Origin: Octopus sinensis
Taxonomy: Eukaryota
Direction: 5' to 3'
DNA: 64,000 nucleotides
NCBI RefSeq assembly: GCF_006345805.1
Contig: NC_043006.1
Location: 47,616,001 to 47,680,000 of the forward strand
Made by a program: the position numbers and the translations under genes. A model generated the notes under the pieces. It searched no databases. It was given only the letters and a program-made list of their open reading frames with translations, and was not told the DNA's origin. Each line of letters begins with the position of its first letter. Position 1 is the first letter of the stretch. Shown piece by piece: positions 12,370 through 24,615 of this stretch.

Positions 12370-12718
12370 AGCCAAATCGGAACAGATATTTTTCACGAGG
12401 CATTCACGTCCATGCCTCGCCAATATCTGACCTAAAATTTTCAAATCGTCGCACTCGCGCCAAATTTATCGGCAGCAAATAAATATAAGCCGCCGATTCC
12501 ATTACGGAATAATTTTGTAGAATTCTTTTGCCCCCAGCGGCCTAGTGGGAAAAAATTAAATAGTCATAAACCATTTTTAAGTTCAATATCACAATCAAGG
12601 AACGGCCATAATAGGCCATTCACCCACTAGAAATAACAGCCAAAAAGCTTCAACACTCAACCGCAAAATAACATTAATTCTGTAACCAGGAGAAAATTAA
12701 AAAAACATTTACCCTGAA

Positions 12719-12825
12719 ATTCCTTATACGATGCACCGTTTCGTCTACTGTTTAATGGTAAACTAACCTGATTAAATTAAATCAAGCCAATCTACCATAG
12801 GCCCTTAGATTCATCAGTAAGGAAT
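12719..12825 (-). ncRNA. Type I hammerhead fold, unit 6
   Basis: Core intact. Confidence 0.8.
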
Positions 12826-13207
12826 AGCCAAATCGGAACAGATATTTTTCACGAGGCATTCACGTCCATGCCTCGCCAATATCTGACCTAAAATTTTCAA
12901 ATCGTCGCACTCGCGCCAAATTTATCGGCAGCAAATAATATAAGCCGCCGATTCCATTACGGAACTAACCAGAAAATTCATAATTAATCAATATAGGGAG
13001 GCAAAAAAATTTTGTAGAATTCTTTTGCCCCCAGCGGCTAGTGGGAAAAAATTAAATAGTCATAAACCATTTTTAAGTTCAATATCACAATCAAGGAACG
13101 GCCATAATAGGCCATTCACCCACTAGAAATAACAGCCAAAAAGCTTCAACCGCAAAATAACATTAATTCTGTAACCAGGAGAAAATTAAAAAAAAATTTA
13201 CCCTGAA

Positions 13208-13314
13208 ATTCCTTATACGATGCACCGTTTCGTCTACTGTTTAATGGTAAACTAACCTGATTAAATTAAATCAAGCCAATCTACCATAGGCCCTTAGATT
13301 CATCAGTAAGGAAT
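13208..13314 (-). ncRNA. Type I hammerhead fold, unit 7
   Basis: Core intact. Confidence 0.8.
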
Positions 13315-13472
13315 AGCCAAATCGGAACAGATATTTTTCACGAGGCATTCACGTCCATGCCTCGCCAATATCTGACCTAAAATTTTCAAATCGTCGCACT
13401 CGCGCCAAATTTATCGGCAGCAAATAAATATAAGCCGCCGATTCCATTACGGAACTAACCAGAAAATTCATA

Positions 13473-13629
13473 ATTAATCAATATAGGAGGCAAAAAAATT
13501 TTGTAGAATTCTTTTGCCCCCAGCGGCCTAGTGGGAAAAAATTAAATAGTCATAAACCATTTTTTCCCACTAGGCCGCTGGGGGCAAAAGAATTCTACAA
13601 ATTTTTTTTGCCTCCCTATATTGATTAAT
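13473..13629. repeat. Fold-back inverted repeat terminating the array (~70-bp arms, 16-nt spacer)
   Basis: 13473-13542 is the reverse complement of 13559-13629, with 1 substitution and a 1-nt indel. Confidence 0.95.
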
Positions 13630-13667
13630 ATATATATATATTATATATATATATATATATATATTCG

Positions 13668-13698
<31 letters not shown>

Positions 13699-13732
13699 TC
13701 TGTGTTTGTTTGTGTGTGTATATATCTATCTA

Positions 13733-13778
<46 letters not shown>

Positions 13779-14002
13779 AAGATGCACACATATGTAGATA
13801 TTCATATATATATATATATATATTATATATATACACATATATATCTGTGTAAGTTTGTATATGTCATATTTTAATTGGAGCTAACAGGTTGATGAATTTA
13901 TAGATAAACGTCAACCAATTCAATACATACACAGCCACAAACATATGCTCACACAATGTGTATATAAATATATATAAATATTGTATTTACACACACACAC
14001 AC

Positions 14003-14043
<41 letters not shown>

Positions 14044-14595
14044 TGGCTACACATGTATATGCAAATATCCTGGTTACACACATATATATATACATACATA
14101 TATACATACATATTATATATAGATATGATCATAAGATGAAAGAGGGCATTAATGCGGAACTAGAGAGAAAGAAGGAGAAAATGATTGAGAAAAACAAAGA
14201 TACAGAGAGAGAATTGCTGTTACGTTTAAACTAAACACCATACCTTTGTAAAATTCTGTTTAATTTCCAAAGGCCCACCTGATGGTGTCGGTTTGTATTA
14301 TAAACAAGTATTAATTGTCATCGATATGATATCTGCAATATTTATCTAATATTATTGGCTATTCTAGAACATATTTATATTGTGTTATATTCTCTGATGT
14401 AATACGATGTATTTGTATAATAAACTGGTGCTATCATCTTGAAATGTGAATTGCAATGAAGAATGAGCAGTTTACGTAAGAAGCAAATATTGTAAATTAA
14501 TATTAGCACAATATTTCTGAGGAGGAAAAGACTCAAATTATGCTTCCATCATAAATCTGTGTGCAACACGTATACATATATGCGTATATGTACAC

Positions 14596-14629
<34 letters not shown>

Positions 14630-14869
14630 ATATATAAATATGTATATATGCATACACACACACCAACACACGCACACGCACACACACAGATATAGTGACA
14701 AAGCGAGACATACATTGACAGTTAAACAGATAGCAAAATAGATAGATAGATATATATATATAGATAGATAGATAGATAGATAGATAAACCCTGTAGTTAA
14801 TGTACAAATGACTTCACTCTATAAATCTTTCGGTTCACCTAAAATTACGTCTGCTTCTCACATTTACGT

Positions 14870-15437
14870 GGCGCAGGAGTAGCTGTGTGGTAAGAGGGCG
14901 GCATGCTGAGCGAAAACGTTAGCATGCTGGGCGAAATACTTAGCGGCATTTCATCTGCCGCCATGTTCTGAGTTCAAATTCCACTGGAGTCGACTTCGTC
15001 TTTCATCCTTTTGGGGTCTATAAAATTAAGTACCAGCTACGCACTGGAGTCGCTGTAATGAAGTTAATCCGTTTGTCTGTCCTTGTTTGTCCCCTCTATG
15101 TTTAGTCCCTTGTGGGCAATAAAGAAATAAGAACCTTGATTCTCAACCACATGATTGCGTATTCAGTCCCACTGCGTTACCCACCGGGCTAGTGTTTTTT
15201 ATATCGACTTCGGGGCGATCAAAACTTGGTGTGGATTTGGTAGACGGAAACTGAACAGAAGCCCGTCGTGTATATATGTTTGAGTGTTTTTGCGTAAGTC
15301 TGTGTTTGTCACCTACCACCGTTTGACAACCGGTGTTGGTGTGTTTATATCCCCGTAACTTATGAATTCGGCAAAAGAACAGATAGAATAAGTACTAGAC
15401 TAAAAATCTTCAAGGATGTGCCCAAGAAGGGCCGCGA
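14870..15437 (+). mobile_element. SINE (family A) interrupted by a family B SINE at ~14897-15130
   Basis: The head ggcgcaggagtagctgtgtggtaag is broken by ggcggcatgctgagcgaaaacgttagc...; the family A body resumes at aaccacatgattgcg. Confidence 0.75.
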
Positions 15438-15619
15438 GGAACTATCACGATTACGTGTACCACTCTAACATTCAGAAATGAAACAGAGGAATAAATGCGT
15501 TTATATTGTGATTCTTTTTCAGATGTCCTTTCTGACTATATCTACTCTGTCGTTTTCACGAAAATGATACCCTGTGTGACATACGAGTAATATTCTGGGT
15601 AAAATTACATGCCGTACCA

Positions 15620-16060
15620 AGGCGCCAAGCTGGCGGAATCGTTAACACACTGGACAGAATTCTTAGCGGCATTTCAGCTATTTTACTTCACGTTCTGAGA
15701 TCAAATTTCGCCGAGGTAAACTTTGCCATTCATCCTTTCGGGTTCCATAAAATACAGTAATCTCTCGCCATATCGCGGTTCACTTATCACAGTTCACCAA
15801 TCGTGGTTTATTATTTAAGCTTACGTCGATTCCTCCGTGGTGTCATTTTGCATTTCTAATAAAATAAATATATACAAATTATAAAAATATTTTAAAAAAA
15901 TATTATACAGTACAGTACTGTTTCTGCTTCGCAGATTTTCACGTATCGCGGTGTGTTTTGGAACGTGACACCCGCGATAGTCGAGGAATTACGGTAAATA
16001 CAGTTAAACACTGATGTCCATCAGATCAACTTACGCCCTCCACCTAAATTACATGTCATT
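15620..16060 (+). mobile_element. SINE (family B) interrupted by a MITE
   Basis: ggcgccaagctggcggaatcgttaac head; the body continues after 15996. Confidence 0.6.
15755..15994. mobile_element. Tc1/pogo-type MITE (~240 bp)
   Basis: Imperfect TIRs cagtaatctctcgccatatcgcgg / ccgcgatagtcgaggaattacgg, flanked by TA on both sides. Confidence 0.7.
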
Positions 16061-16099
16061 TAATTTAAAGGGGAATGAAAAAATAACTTACATGGTGTT

Positions 16100-16325
16100 G
16101 ATTTGGGAATGGTTTCAAATTTTGGTACAACGCCAGCAACCTGGGGGGGGGGGATGAGGCGTTATTCGATTATATCGACCACAGTGCTCAGTTGGTCCTT
16201 ATTTTATCGACCCTGAAATAATGAAGGCTAAATGTGACCACGCCTCATTTGAACTGAGAACGTAAAGACGGGTCAAATATCGCTAAGCATTTTGGCCGGT
16301 TTGCTAACGAATCTGAAGGCTCACC
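16100..16325 (-). mobile_element. SINE (family B)
   Basis: Reverse complement of the family B body and head. Confidence 0.6.
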
Positions 16326-16729
16326 GCCTTACAGTTGTTTACGACGCTGTTGCTATTGTTCTTACATATATCATTGTGCATGTTGTTGATGTAGTTTGTG
16401 ATAGTAATGCGACTAAGGGTGTATATGTGATGGTAGAAATCGTGTTCTTGGTGATGGAGTTAATGGATGTTGTAACTACATCCATAATAACGTTTGTCCC
16501 AGTCGAGGTGGTTGATGTTATTGTTGCCGCTGTTGTTGCGGTGGTGATGATGATAGTAGCGGGGGAAACAGTCGGTGGCTGCGTTGGAGGGAGGTGTATT
16601 GTTGTTGTGACTGATCCCGGGTTTACTCAAGCTAATTCTAAAGAGTTACATTAGATGAATTGTATCGATTCCATTACAATGATACGCGGCATTGTTTTCA
16701 TAATAATGTTGTTCAAAAGGAGTACGATG

Positions 16730-16818
16730 ATGACGACGACGACGATGACAACGACAAAGATGATGGTGATGATGATGACGACGACGACGAAGGAAAAGAT
16801 GACCACGACGACAGCGGC

Positions 16819-16857
<39 letters not shown>

Positions 16858-17127
16858 GATGATGGTGATGACGACGACGACGAGGAGAAAAATCAGAACG
16901 ACGACAGCGGCGATGATGATCATGATTATGATGATGATGATGATGACGACGACAGTAACGATAATAATGTTGACGACCATGATGGTGATAATGATCACCA
17001 ATTAATTGATTTTGTCATGTCCTGTCAGGTCAACATTTCTTCTATTTCTGTAATGTCAGGGCGATTCCAGAACTCCTACTGCTCTTACCTGCTGCTGCTG
17101 CTGCTGCTTCTGCTCTTGTTGTTGCCG

Positions 17128-17158
<31 letters not shown>

Positions 17159-17240
17159 CTTTATTATTGATATTATTTCGTTTGGTACATTTGGTCTGTT
17201 TCATATTGCTCATATGGTTTGTTGATGTTGTTGTTGTTGT
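16730..17240. repeat. Degenerate (GAT/GAC)n, (CTG)n and (GTT)n low-complexity block
   Basis: Direct reading; source of the poly-D/M/L ORFs. Confidence 0.9.
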
Positions 17241-17942
17241 TGTTACAATTTTACTATTGTAGTTATGGTGCCGTGAGAGGCATTGAGAGGCTTCATTTTA
17301 ACCAGTTACTCTTCTCGTTGATCTTGTTGTCCATGTTGATACAACATACATTCATGCGCGAGGAAACTACTCAACCTCTGATCTCAACGACTTAGAGTAG
17401 AGGTGATGAGAACTGTAACACCAAGTAATACTTGTCAGTTTTATTCTAACCCCCCAACAATTTATAATATTGAAATACTCTTCAATATGTCGCATTTTCT
17501 ATTTATTTTTATATGATTAAGTTCTGTGCTGAACAGTACTTTTGCTTGAAACAGGCGAGAGAATACAAAACAAAATGATATTTTCAAGCAACAATACTGC
17601 ATCTCCAACGGTGAACTGATGCTACTGAACATGTGAAGTGTGGTTCTGAACAAGCTGGAAGACTGGAGCAAAGAATGCATCTATTTGCGGATGCAGTTAC
17701 TTAGATTTTAAGGAACACTGCTAAAGAGCTGTACTATGAGCTCATATTTATGTCGATTATACTACTTCAAGTTGGTGACTGGTTATTAATACAACACACC
17801 TGAAGCTATACGACAAGATATATTTTATAGCAAATACGAAAATAATTTTTCTTAAATGTGTTTCTTTCAAACTCGCCGCAACTTCTAGTAGAATTCAATA
17901 TGAGAGAATTTCAATTGCAAGCCGTTTTGAATAACTATAACA

Positions 17943-18125
17943 AGAAGTGGCTGTGTGGCAAGTAGCTTGCTTACCAACCACATGGTTCTGGGTTCATTCC
18001 CACTGCGTGGCAGCTTGGGCAAGTGTCTTCTATTATAGCCTCGAGTCGACCAAAGCCTTGTGAGTAGATTTGATAGAGGGAAACTGTAAGAAGTCTGTCG
18101 TATATATATATATATATATATATAA

Positions 18126-18157
<32 letters not shown>

Positions 18158-18430
18158 ATGTATATGTATATGTTTGTGTGTATGTGTATATGTTTGTGTG
18201 TATGTGTATATGTTTGTGTGTCTGTGTTTGTCACCTCAACATCGCTTGACAACCGATACTGGCGTATTTACGTCCCTGTAACATTAGCGGTTCGGCAAAA
18301 GAGACCGATAGAATAAGTACTTTGCTTCCAAAGAATAAGTCCTGGGGTCGATTTGCTCAACTAATGGCGGTGCTCCGGCATGGCCGCAGTCAAATGACTG
18401 AAACAAGTAAAAGAGTAAAAAGAGTAAAGA
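17943..18430 (+). mobile_element. SINE (family A) with internal (TA)/(TG) tract
   Basis: gtggctgtgtggcaagtagcttgcttaccaaccacatgg...gcagtcaaatgactgaaacaagtaaaagag. Confidence 0.85.
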
Positions 18431-19491
18431 GTTCTATTCCATTCCTTATTTTATTATTATTAAGATAATTATTGCCATCGTTCCTCTTTAATTCCTAGTC
18501 GGCTCTGATCAAACAGACTTGTAATCAAACACATTACAACTAATACTGCAATGTTTTTTTTCCAGACAATGTGTTTCGGGCTATATTATCAAACGTGTAC
18601 AAACCTGAAGTGTTTAGGGTATGTTTTGAGAGTGATTCGGCTTCTCTTTCTAGCACATTTCGTGGAAATAGAATAAAACTCTCTCATGAAATTGCTTTTC
18701 TTTCTTCAGTTTTACTGTCACTTGGGCTGTGTGATATGCAATGCAGCACTGACTTAAGTCGATAGATAAGTTTAATGATAATGATGATGAATTCACTTGA
18801 AGATACCGTGAAAGTAATTATATATTTAATGGTTTCGTCCTCATAGGAATCTCGGGTCTCATGTCAGTGAAAGTTGGATATAGTCAGTTAATTGTTTTGT
18901 CGATGATGAAACATGAAAGAAGTGGTGGAAAAAGAAACCATTGCAGTTACAGTTGTGTTGATAAAGACTGTTGTGGAGGCAAACAAGGCTACAGATAACC
19001 TCCATTATTTCTTGTGTATGATACCTGTAGCACTTGGGATATTATCTCAACAAGCGATATCATTTCGTAGAAACGTCACTTATTTCCAGAAGAATAATTT
19101 GCCAACGTTTGTCTTTTCTATGGAATAAAGTTTGATTCACATCACTTCTATCTTATATGTATTAGTTATAGCTCTGAGAACCTTTAAATTTCCATAACAT
19201 TTCATTTATGCGTTTTAAATTTCGAAGCAACGAGGTATCTTCCAGAATGAACAGGAATACACATATATAAGGGGGAATACGTTTGTATGCGCGGATATGT
19301 ATGTATATATACATGCATGAAAAGCAGGATCAGCGGTGGAGGTAATGCGAATCACAAATTTGTTGTAAAATTTTGATTTACAAAGCCGAGAAACTGACAG
19401 CCATATATTGATCTGGGGTCTCTTCGGCTATGTAGACTAGGAAATACATATAAATGATTTGTAGATATTCATACATTATACAGCTTATTTG

Positions 19492-19496
<5 letters not shown>

Positions 19497-19524
<28 letters not shown>

Positions 19525-19578
19525 TGTATGTATGTATGTATGTATGTATGAATGTATGTATGTATGTATGTATGTATA
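19497..19578. repeat. (TATG)n microsatellite
   Basis: Direct reading. Confidence 0.95.
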
Positions 19579-19914
19579 TGCTGTATGGACTTTTGAGATT
19601 TCAATTCATGCAACACGATAAAAAATATTTCAGGTTATAAGTTGGCATGATATGAAATTCATAAAGATAAATTCTCCTTAATAGGAAATCTATTTATAAG
19701 TATCGACATTTTCATCTCACTGACCTGCAATACTTGCTTCGTCTGTCACGTAAAATCCAATTTTATTTTAGGTATAAAATGAACTACATGCAAACATATA
19801 CACATACGCATAAGTATATGAAAGTATTTAAATAAACTAGTGAGTATTGTTATTAGAAGTTGTTGGTTTACAGAAGTGTATAATAATAATGCTAATAATG
19901 ATGATGATCATCAT

Positions 19915-19936
19915 CATGATAATAATAATAATAATA

Positions 19937-19992
<56 letters not shown>

Positions 19993-20001
19993 TAATAATG
20001 A

Positions 20002-20032
<31 letters not shown>

Positions 20033-20183
20033 AGTGCTAGTAATGCTGACTGTGGTCTTCGGGGCAGTAGTTCATTAATTACAGTATGAAAATGCCAATT
20101 AAAACGTGATTCTTTAACTTAATTGGATTTTAAATTAAAAGAGGAAAATTAAAAAATATGTGTATGCGTTAGTCTCTGTTTTC

Positions 20184-20227
<44 letters not shown>

Positions 20228-20290
20228 TATTATTATTATTATTATTATTATTATCACTCTTTTAATTATTATTATTATCATTATTATGGT
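19915..20290. repeat. (AAT)n and (ATT)n microsatellites
   Basis: Direct reading (19915-20032 and 20185-20290). Confidence 0.9.
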
Positions 20291-20604
20291 GGAAACAACG
20301 TTGGTTTAGATCACAAGATATTACACTCTAAATTTTTGTTTTATGACCCTATGACATACACGCAAGATATGAACTTTGGTCGTATCCAGCTTGTCTACTT
20401 GAATACAACACTACATCATACACATGAAATACCATTTACGTGTAGCCAACTACATATACAAATAATTATGAGTGTGCATGTTTGTGTGTGTGTGCGCGTG
20501 TGTGTGTGTGTGTACACGCCGATATATGGAAACATAGACTTTCACACAGTGTGGAAGCAAAATGGCATTGAACCAGAATCAGACCTATAAACTCATATAT
20601 CACG

Positions 20605-21122
20605 TGATCACGTGACCGACCAGTCCATCAGATGTAGTTACACATCGCTGGTCACAATGCGTTCGCATTGTTTTAGCCTTCGAATGACGCCACCCCGCTG
20701 GCTAAACGAGTAGGCCAATAAACTCATATATACACTCAGATATTCAACATTAAGATCTAAGCCACACAGTCACACATAAAACCCTATATCACGCTTAAAG
20801 AAACACAGTACTGTATCATAGTCTCATACGCTCATTCAACACAGTATCACTTATTGTATGTTCATTCTCGAGCCATGCCTGGCTCATTAGGGCCGGTTCC
20901 CCTTCTAGACGGGACGACGGTCCGTCGCAGGCGAGCTGCAAGATGCAGAAGAAAGAGTGAGAGAAAGGTGTGGCGAAAGATTCAGCAGAAGTTCGCCATT
21001 ACCTTCTGCCGAAGCCGGTTGGAGCTTAGATGTTTCGCTCATAAACACACACACATCGCCCGGTCTGAAATTCGAACCCGCGATCCCTCGACCGCTCTAA
21101 CCACTAGGCCATGTGCCTCCTC
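20605..21122 (-). mobile_element. Family D SINE pieces (3' part 20605-20718; head and body 20862-21122)
   Basis: Homology to 4762-5056 and 54170-54452. Confidence 0.7.
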
Positions 21123-22096
21123 TCACAGTATCACTTAGGCATACAAACACTTACATACATTCGCATTCAAAGTCTAACACATCCTCTGATACGTAAACAT
21201 TCACAAACATTCAATGGTGAAACGTTACATATATGCATACGCTTGCATCTTAATGAAAGTAAAGAAAAAAATGAAGATGGTCGTAGAATGGATTTGGATA
21301 AACGCCTGAAAATTAGAAACAAAATGTGAAATAAGTATAACAATAATAAATATAAACGACTGCAGCAATAATAAAAATAATAATCATGTAACAAAAACCG
21401 AGAACTACATACAAACAGTAAAGTCGTCTGAATAGAAAAATAAATCATCAAGCTAAGAAGATGACCGCCATTAAATTTAATTTGGGTGGAAAATGGCGTC
21501 AGAGTAATAATTCAATTTATAATTTGATTACTAGGCTTGCCGATTTGAATTTAGTTATTGACAAACCGGAAATATGTAAAATCAGTCGCCGGGATATTTG
21601 CAAGGAAACAAGAAGCAGCTGAATAAGTTTGCGTGACAACGCGTTGGTATGAAGTTTAATGCAAACTCCCAAACACACTCACCCTCACAAACACGCGCAT
21701 CCACATCAGCGCAGACACCCGCAAATAAAGGAAGTAAATGGGAGCAAAACATAAAAGGGACATGTTCAATGTTGTGTCGCTGTGATATTTGCAGGGGTTG
21801 GGTGCGTCGGTTGTGGCTCTGCACATATAACGAAAAAAAGTAAGGATGCACACGAATGTGCGTTTTGCTATGTTCTCAAACGTTTTCTCGACGCTTTCCA
21901 TAAGTCACAGGAAACAAGCTATTTTCCATAATTACAATTCCATGTCGTTGTCTCTTACTACAATCATGACTCCAAACGCAATAGGGAGAACACGAGTAAA
22001 AGACTACTACAACTACTAATAATACTATTGCCACTGGATTTACTGCTACTACAAGTAATGCTGCTACATCAACTACTACCACTGTAATTCTACCAC

Positions 22097-22154
22097 AAAT
22101 AATAATAATAATAATAATAATAATGATGATGATGATGATGATGATGATGATAAC

Positions 22155-22198
<44 letters not shown>

Positions 22199-22225
22199 CA
22201 ACAACAACAACAACAATAATAATAA

Positions 22226-22290
<65 letters not shown>

Positions 22291-22325
22291 TAATAATAAT
22301 AATAATAACAATAACAATAATATCA
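22097..22325. repeat. (AAT)n/(GAT)n/(AAC)n compound microsatellite
   Basis: Direct reading. Confidence 0.95.
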
Positions 22326-22691
22326 AAAACAACATCAACAAATATAGTTCGTTTCCTTATTCTCTACTTCTATTTCTGTCAAGTTACTCATATTTTTTCT
22401 CCATGGATATCTCCTGTCCTTAATCGATCTTTCGTTGTCTTATTAAAAATATTATTTCTGTTATTATTACTATCATTATAATTGTAATTAGTACACTTTA
22501 AAGAATTATTATAATCATTAATTGCCTGTCATTTCCTTTATATTTTTCCTAAATATATTGGATTATATTACAAGTGTGGTATATCGAAATTATTAATAAC
22601 TATAATCTCATTACTCATTTATTCCAATTACATAGACGACATTGTTTATTGTTATTTTAATTATTATTATTAACATTATTATTATTATTAA

Positions 22692-22721
<30 letters not shown>

Positions 22722-22722
<1 letters not shown>

Positions 22723-23303
22723 TTCTCCTTATCATAGGTTTTGTTGGAGCTCCTGGAGTCTTGCATGCGTAGCGATCTTGCAACCTGCAGCCTACCGTAC
22801 TATATTATCCGTTCGTTTTAGCTCTAATACTCACCTGGTTATTCTGGCCGTACCAAGGACGTAAACCTTTTGTAACAGTTCTACTGGGCACTCTATTCCA
22901 ATTTCCTTTATATACCTCTCGATGCCTTCGGATACTGTTCCCAAGGACTTAACAATAATTGGCACTATCTTCACCTTCCTTATTTTACATAGCCGGGTTA
23001 TTTCGTACTTAAGAGGGTTGTATCTATCTATCTTTTCGCCTTCCTATTTGACTATTTGTGGGTCAAAGTGGCATGCAACATCAACTATATAGCATATGTG
23101 GTGCACCTTGTCCACCACCAATAATTCCGGTCTGTTATGCTCTAGCACCTGATCTGTCTGGATTGGGAAATCCCAAAGGATTTTGCTAGTCTCTGTCTCC
23201 GCCACTCTACAGTTTGCGCTCATATCACGCCTTGCCTCTCTGTAGCCCTTACTTTTCGCACAGTTTCCAATGTAGCACTTTCGGTACCATGGTCGTATCG
23301 CCA
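22722..23303 (-). mobile_element. 5'-truncated non-LTR retrotransposon with restriction-like endonuclease (R4/Dong-like), copy A
   Basis: ILWDFPIQTDQVLEHNRPELLVVDK...IVDVACHFD, then KYEITRL...VPIIVKSLGTV; flanked by (TAA)n. Confidence 0.8.
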
Positions 23304-23306
23304 TTA

Positions 23307-23351
<45 letters not shown>

Positions 23352-23373
23352 TATTATTATTATTATTATTATT

Positions 23374-23900
23374 CAGTAGTTTTATTTTTATAGCGTGCTT
23401 TCACTTCACTACCGAGTGCAGCGCTGTGTGCCTTAGGTACCTGCTGTGATTTGTTGTGATGCTTTGATGGTTATTGTATGGAAAATGTTCTGCGTAGGAT
23501 GTGTGCAGTGCCTAGTAGTGCAATTGTCTGTATGCTATATGTGTTTGTAAGTCCTCGTGTTTTTGTTATGTATTTGTCTGAATATTTTTTTATCATGCCT
23601 AATGCACCTACTATGATAGGAATTGTTTATGTTTTTAGATTCCACATTCTGGTTACCTCTATTTCCAGGTTTTTGTATTTTGAAAGTTTCTCCATTTCTT
23701 TTAGAGACACGTTGTCATCTGCTGGTATTAGAAAGCATTTTTTTTCTTCATGATCTCTGACAACTATATCTGGTCTGTTGGCCTTAATTTCTCTATCTGT
23801 GTGTATCGGCATATCCCAGAGTATGGTTGCTTTCTCGTTTTCTGTGACCTTTTCTGGTGTGTGCCTATACCATCTTTTTTCTGTTGTTATTCCATAATGT
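23374..23900 (-). mobile_element. 5'-truncated RLE non-LTR retrotransposon (R4/Dong-like), copy B
   Basis: MPIHTDREIKANRPDIVVRDHEEKKCFLI...KEMEKLSKYKNLEIEVTRMWNL...IPIIVGALG; flanked by (TAA)n. Confidence 0.85.
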
Positions 23901-23919
23901 TAACATTATTATTATTATC

Positions 23920-24005
<86 letters not shown>

Positions 24006-24239
24006 AGATCGAAATGATCATCCACTTAGTAAATGGAATCAAAGTGATAATACGAGAATAATTCTTTAGATTTGCAGTGCTGCACCTGGAAACGCATAGC
24101 CTACTGGGCAGCGTACATGTCGTCTGTGTTTAACTGACGGACTAATTAGGTCTTTGAGGTTCGGTTATGTTCAAATATCCCCAGTTGTCCAAATTATTTG
24201 AAACTTAGGTGTGCATTTAATCACCTGACAAACTATTTT

Positions 24240-24615
24240 AAGGCAGAAACGTTAGCACACCGGGCGAAATGTTTAGCGGTATTTCATCTGCCGTTACGTT
24301 CTGAGTTCAAATTCCGCCGAGATCGACTTTGCCTTTCATCCTTTCGGGGTCGATTAAATAAGTACCAGTTACGCTCTAGGGTCGATATAATCGACTTAAT
24401 CCGTTTGTCTATCCTTGCGTGTCCCCTCTGTGTTTAGCCCCTTGTGGGTAGTAAAGAAATAGGTATTTTATCTGTCTGTACGTTCTGAATTCGAATTCCG
24501 CCGAGGTCGACTTTGTCTTTTAGCCTTTCGGGGTCGATAAATTAAGTACCAGTTGCATACTGGGTCGATCTAATCGACTGGATCCCTCCCACAAAACTTC
24601 GGGCCTTATACCTAT
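24240..24615 (+). mobile_element. SINE (family B), long bipartite copy
   Basis: ggcagaaacgttagcacaccgggcg... with an internally repeated gttctgagttcaaattccgccgag module. Confidence 0.85.

Larger units (their letters stand above)
10176..13560 (-). repeat. Tandem array of 7 ~490-bp units, each with a hammerhead fold (retrozyme-like satellite)
   Basis: Unit starts (atatcacaatcaagg) at 10176, 10669, 11161, 11649, ~12138, 12586 and 13082. Units are nearly identical; unit 5 has a ~42-bp deletion and unit 6 a 7-bp insertion. No ORF of 60 aa or more in the track across the array. Confidence 0.95.

Noticed and set aside
10176-13560. Alternative readings of the array as CRISPR, rDNA/5S, histone/snRNA cluster or Helitron/MITE tandem
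   Set aside because: No repeat-spacer alternation, no rRNA/snRNA/histone similarity recognised, and no TIR/TSD or CTRR-plus-hairpin terminus at the unit ends; the 8-bp CCCACTAG/CTAGTGGG pair is too short to call a sub-TIR.
16292-17262. Long ORFs on both strands, including a 200-aa Asp-rich ORF
   Set aside because: Degenerate trinucleotide repeats keep frames open on both strands; no domain signal.
18890-19007. Short Cys-rich peptide-like frame (KR-NHCSYSCVDKDCCGGKQGYR*)
   Set aside because: TGT-rich low-complexity background, no signal peptide exon visible; likely chance.
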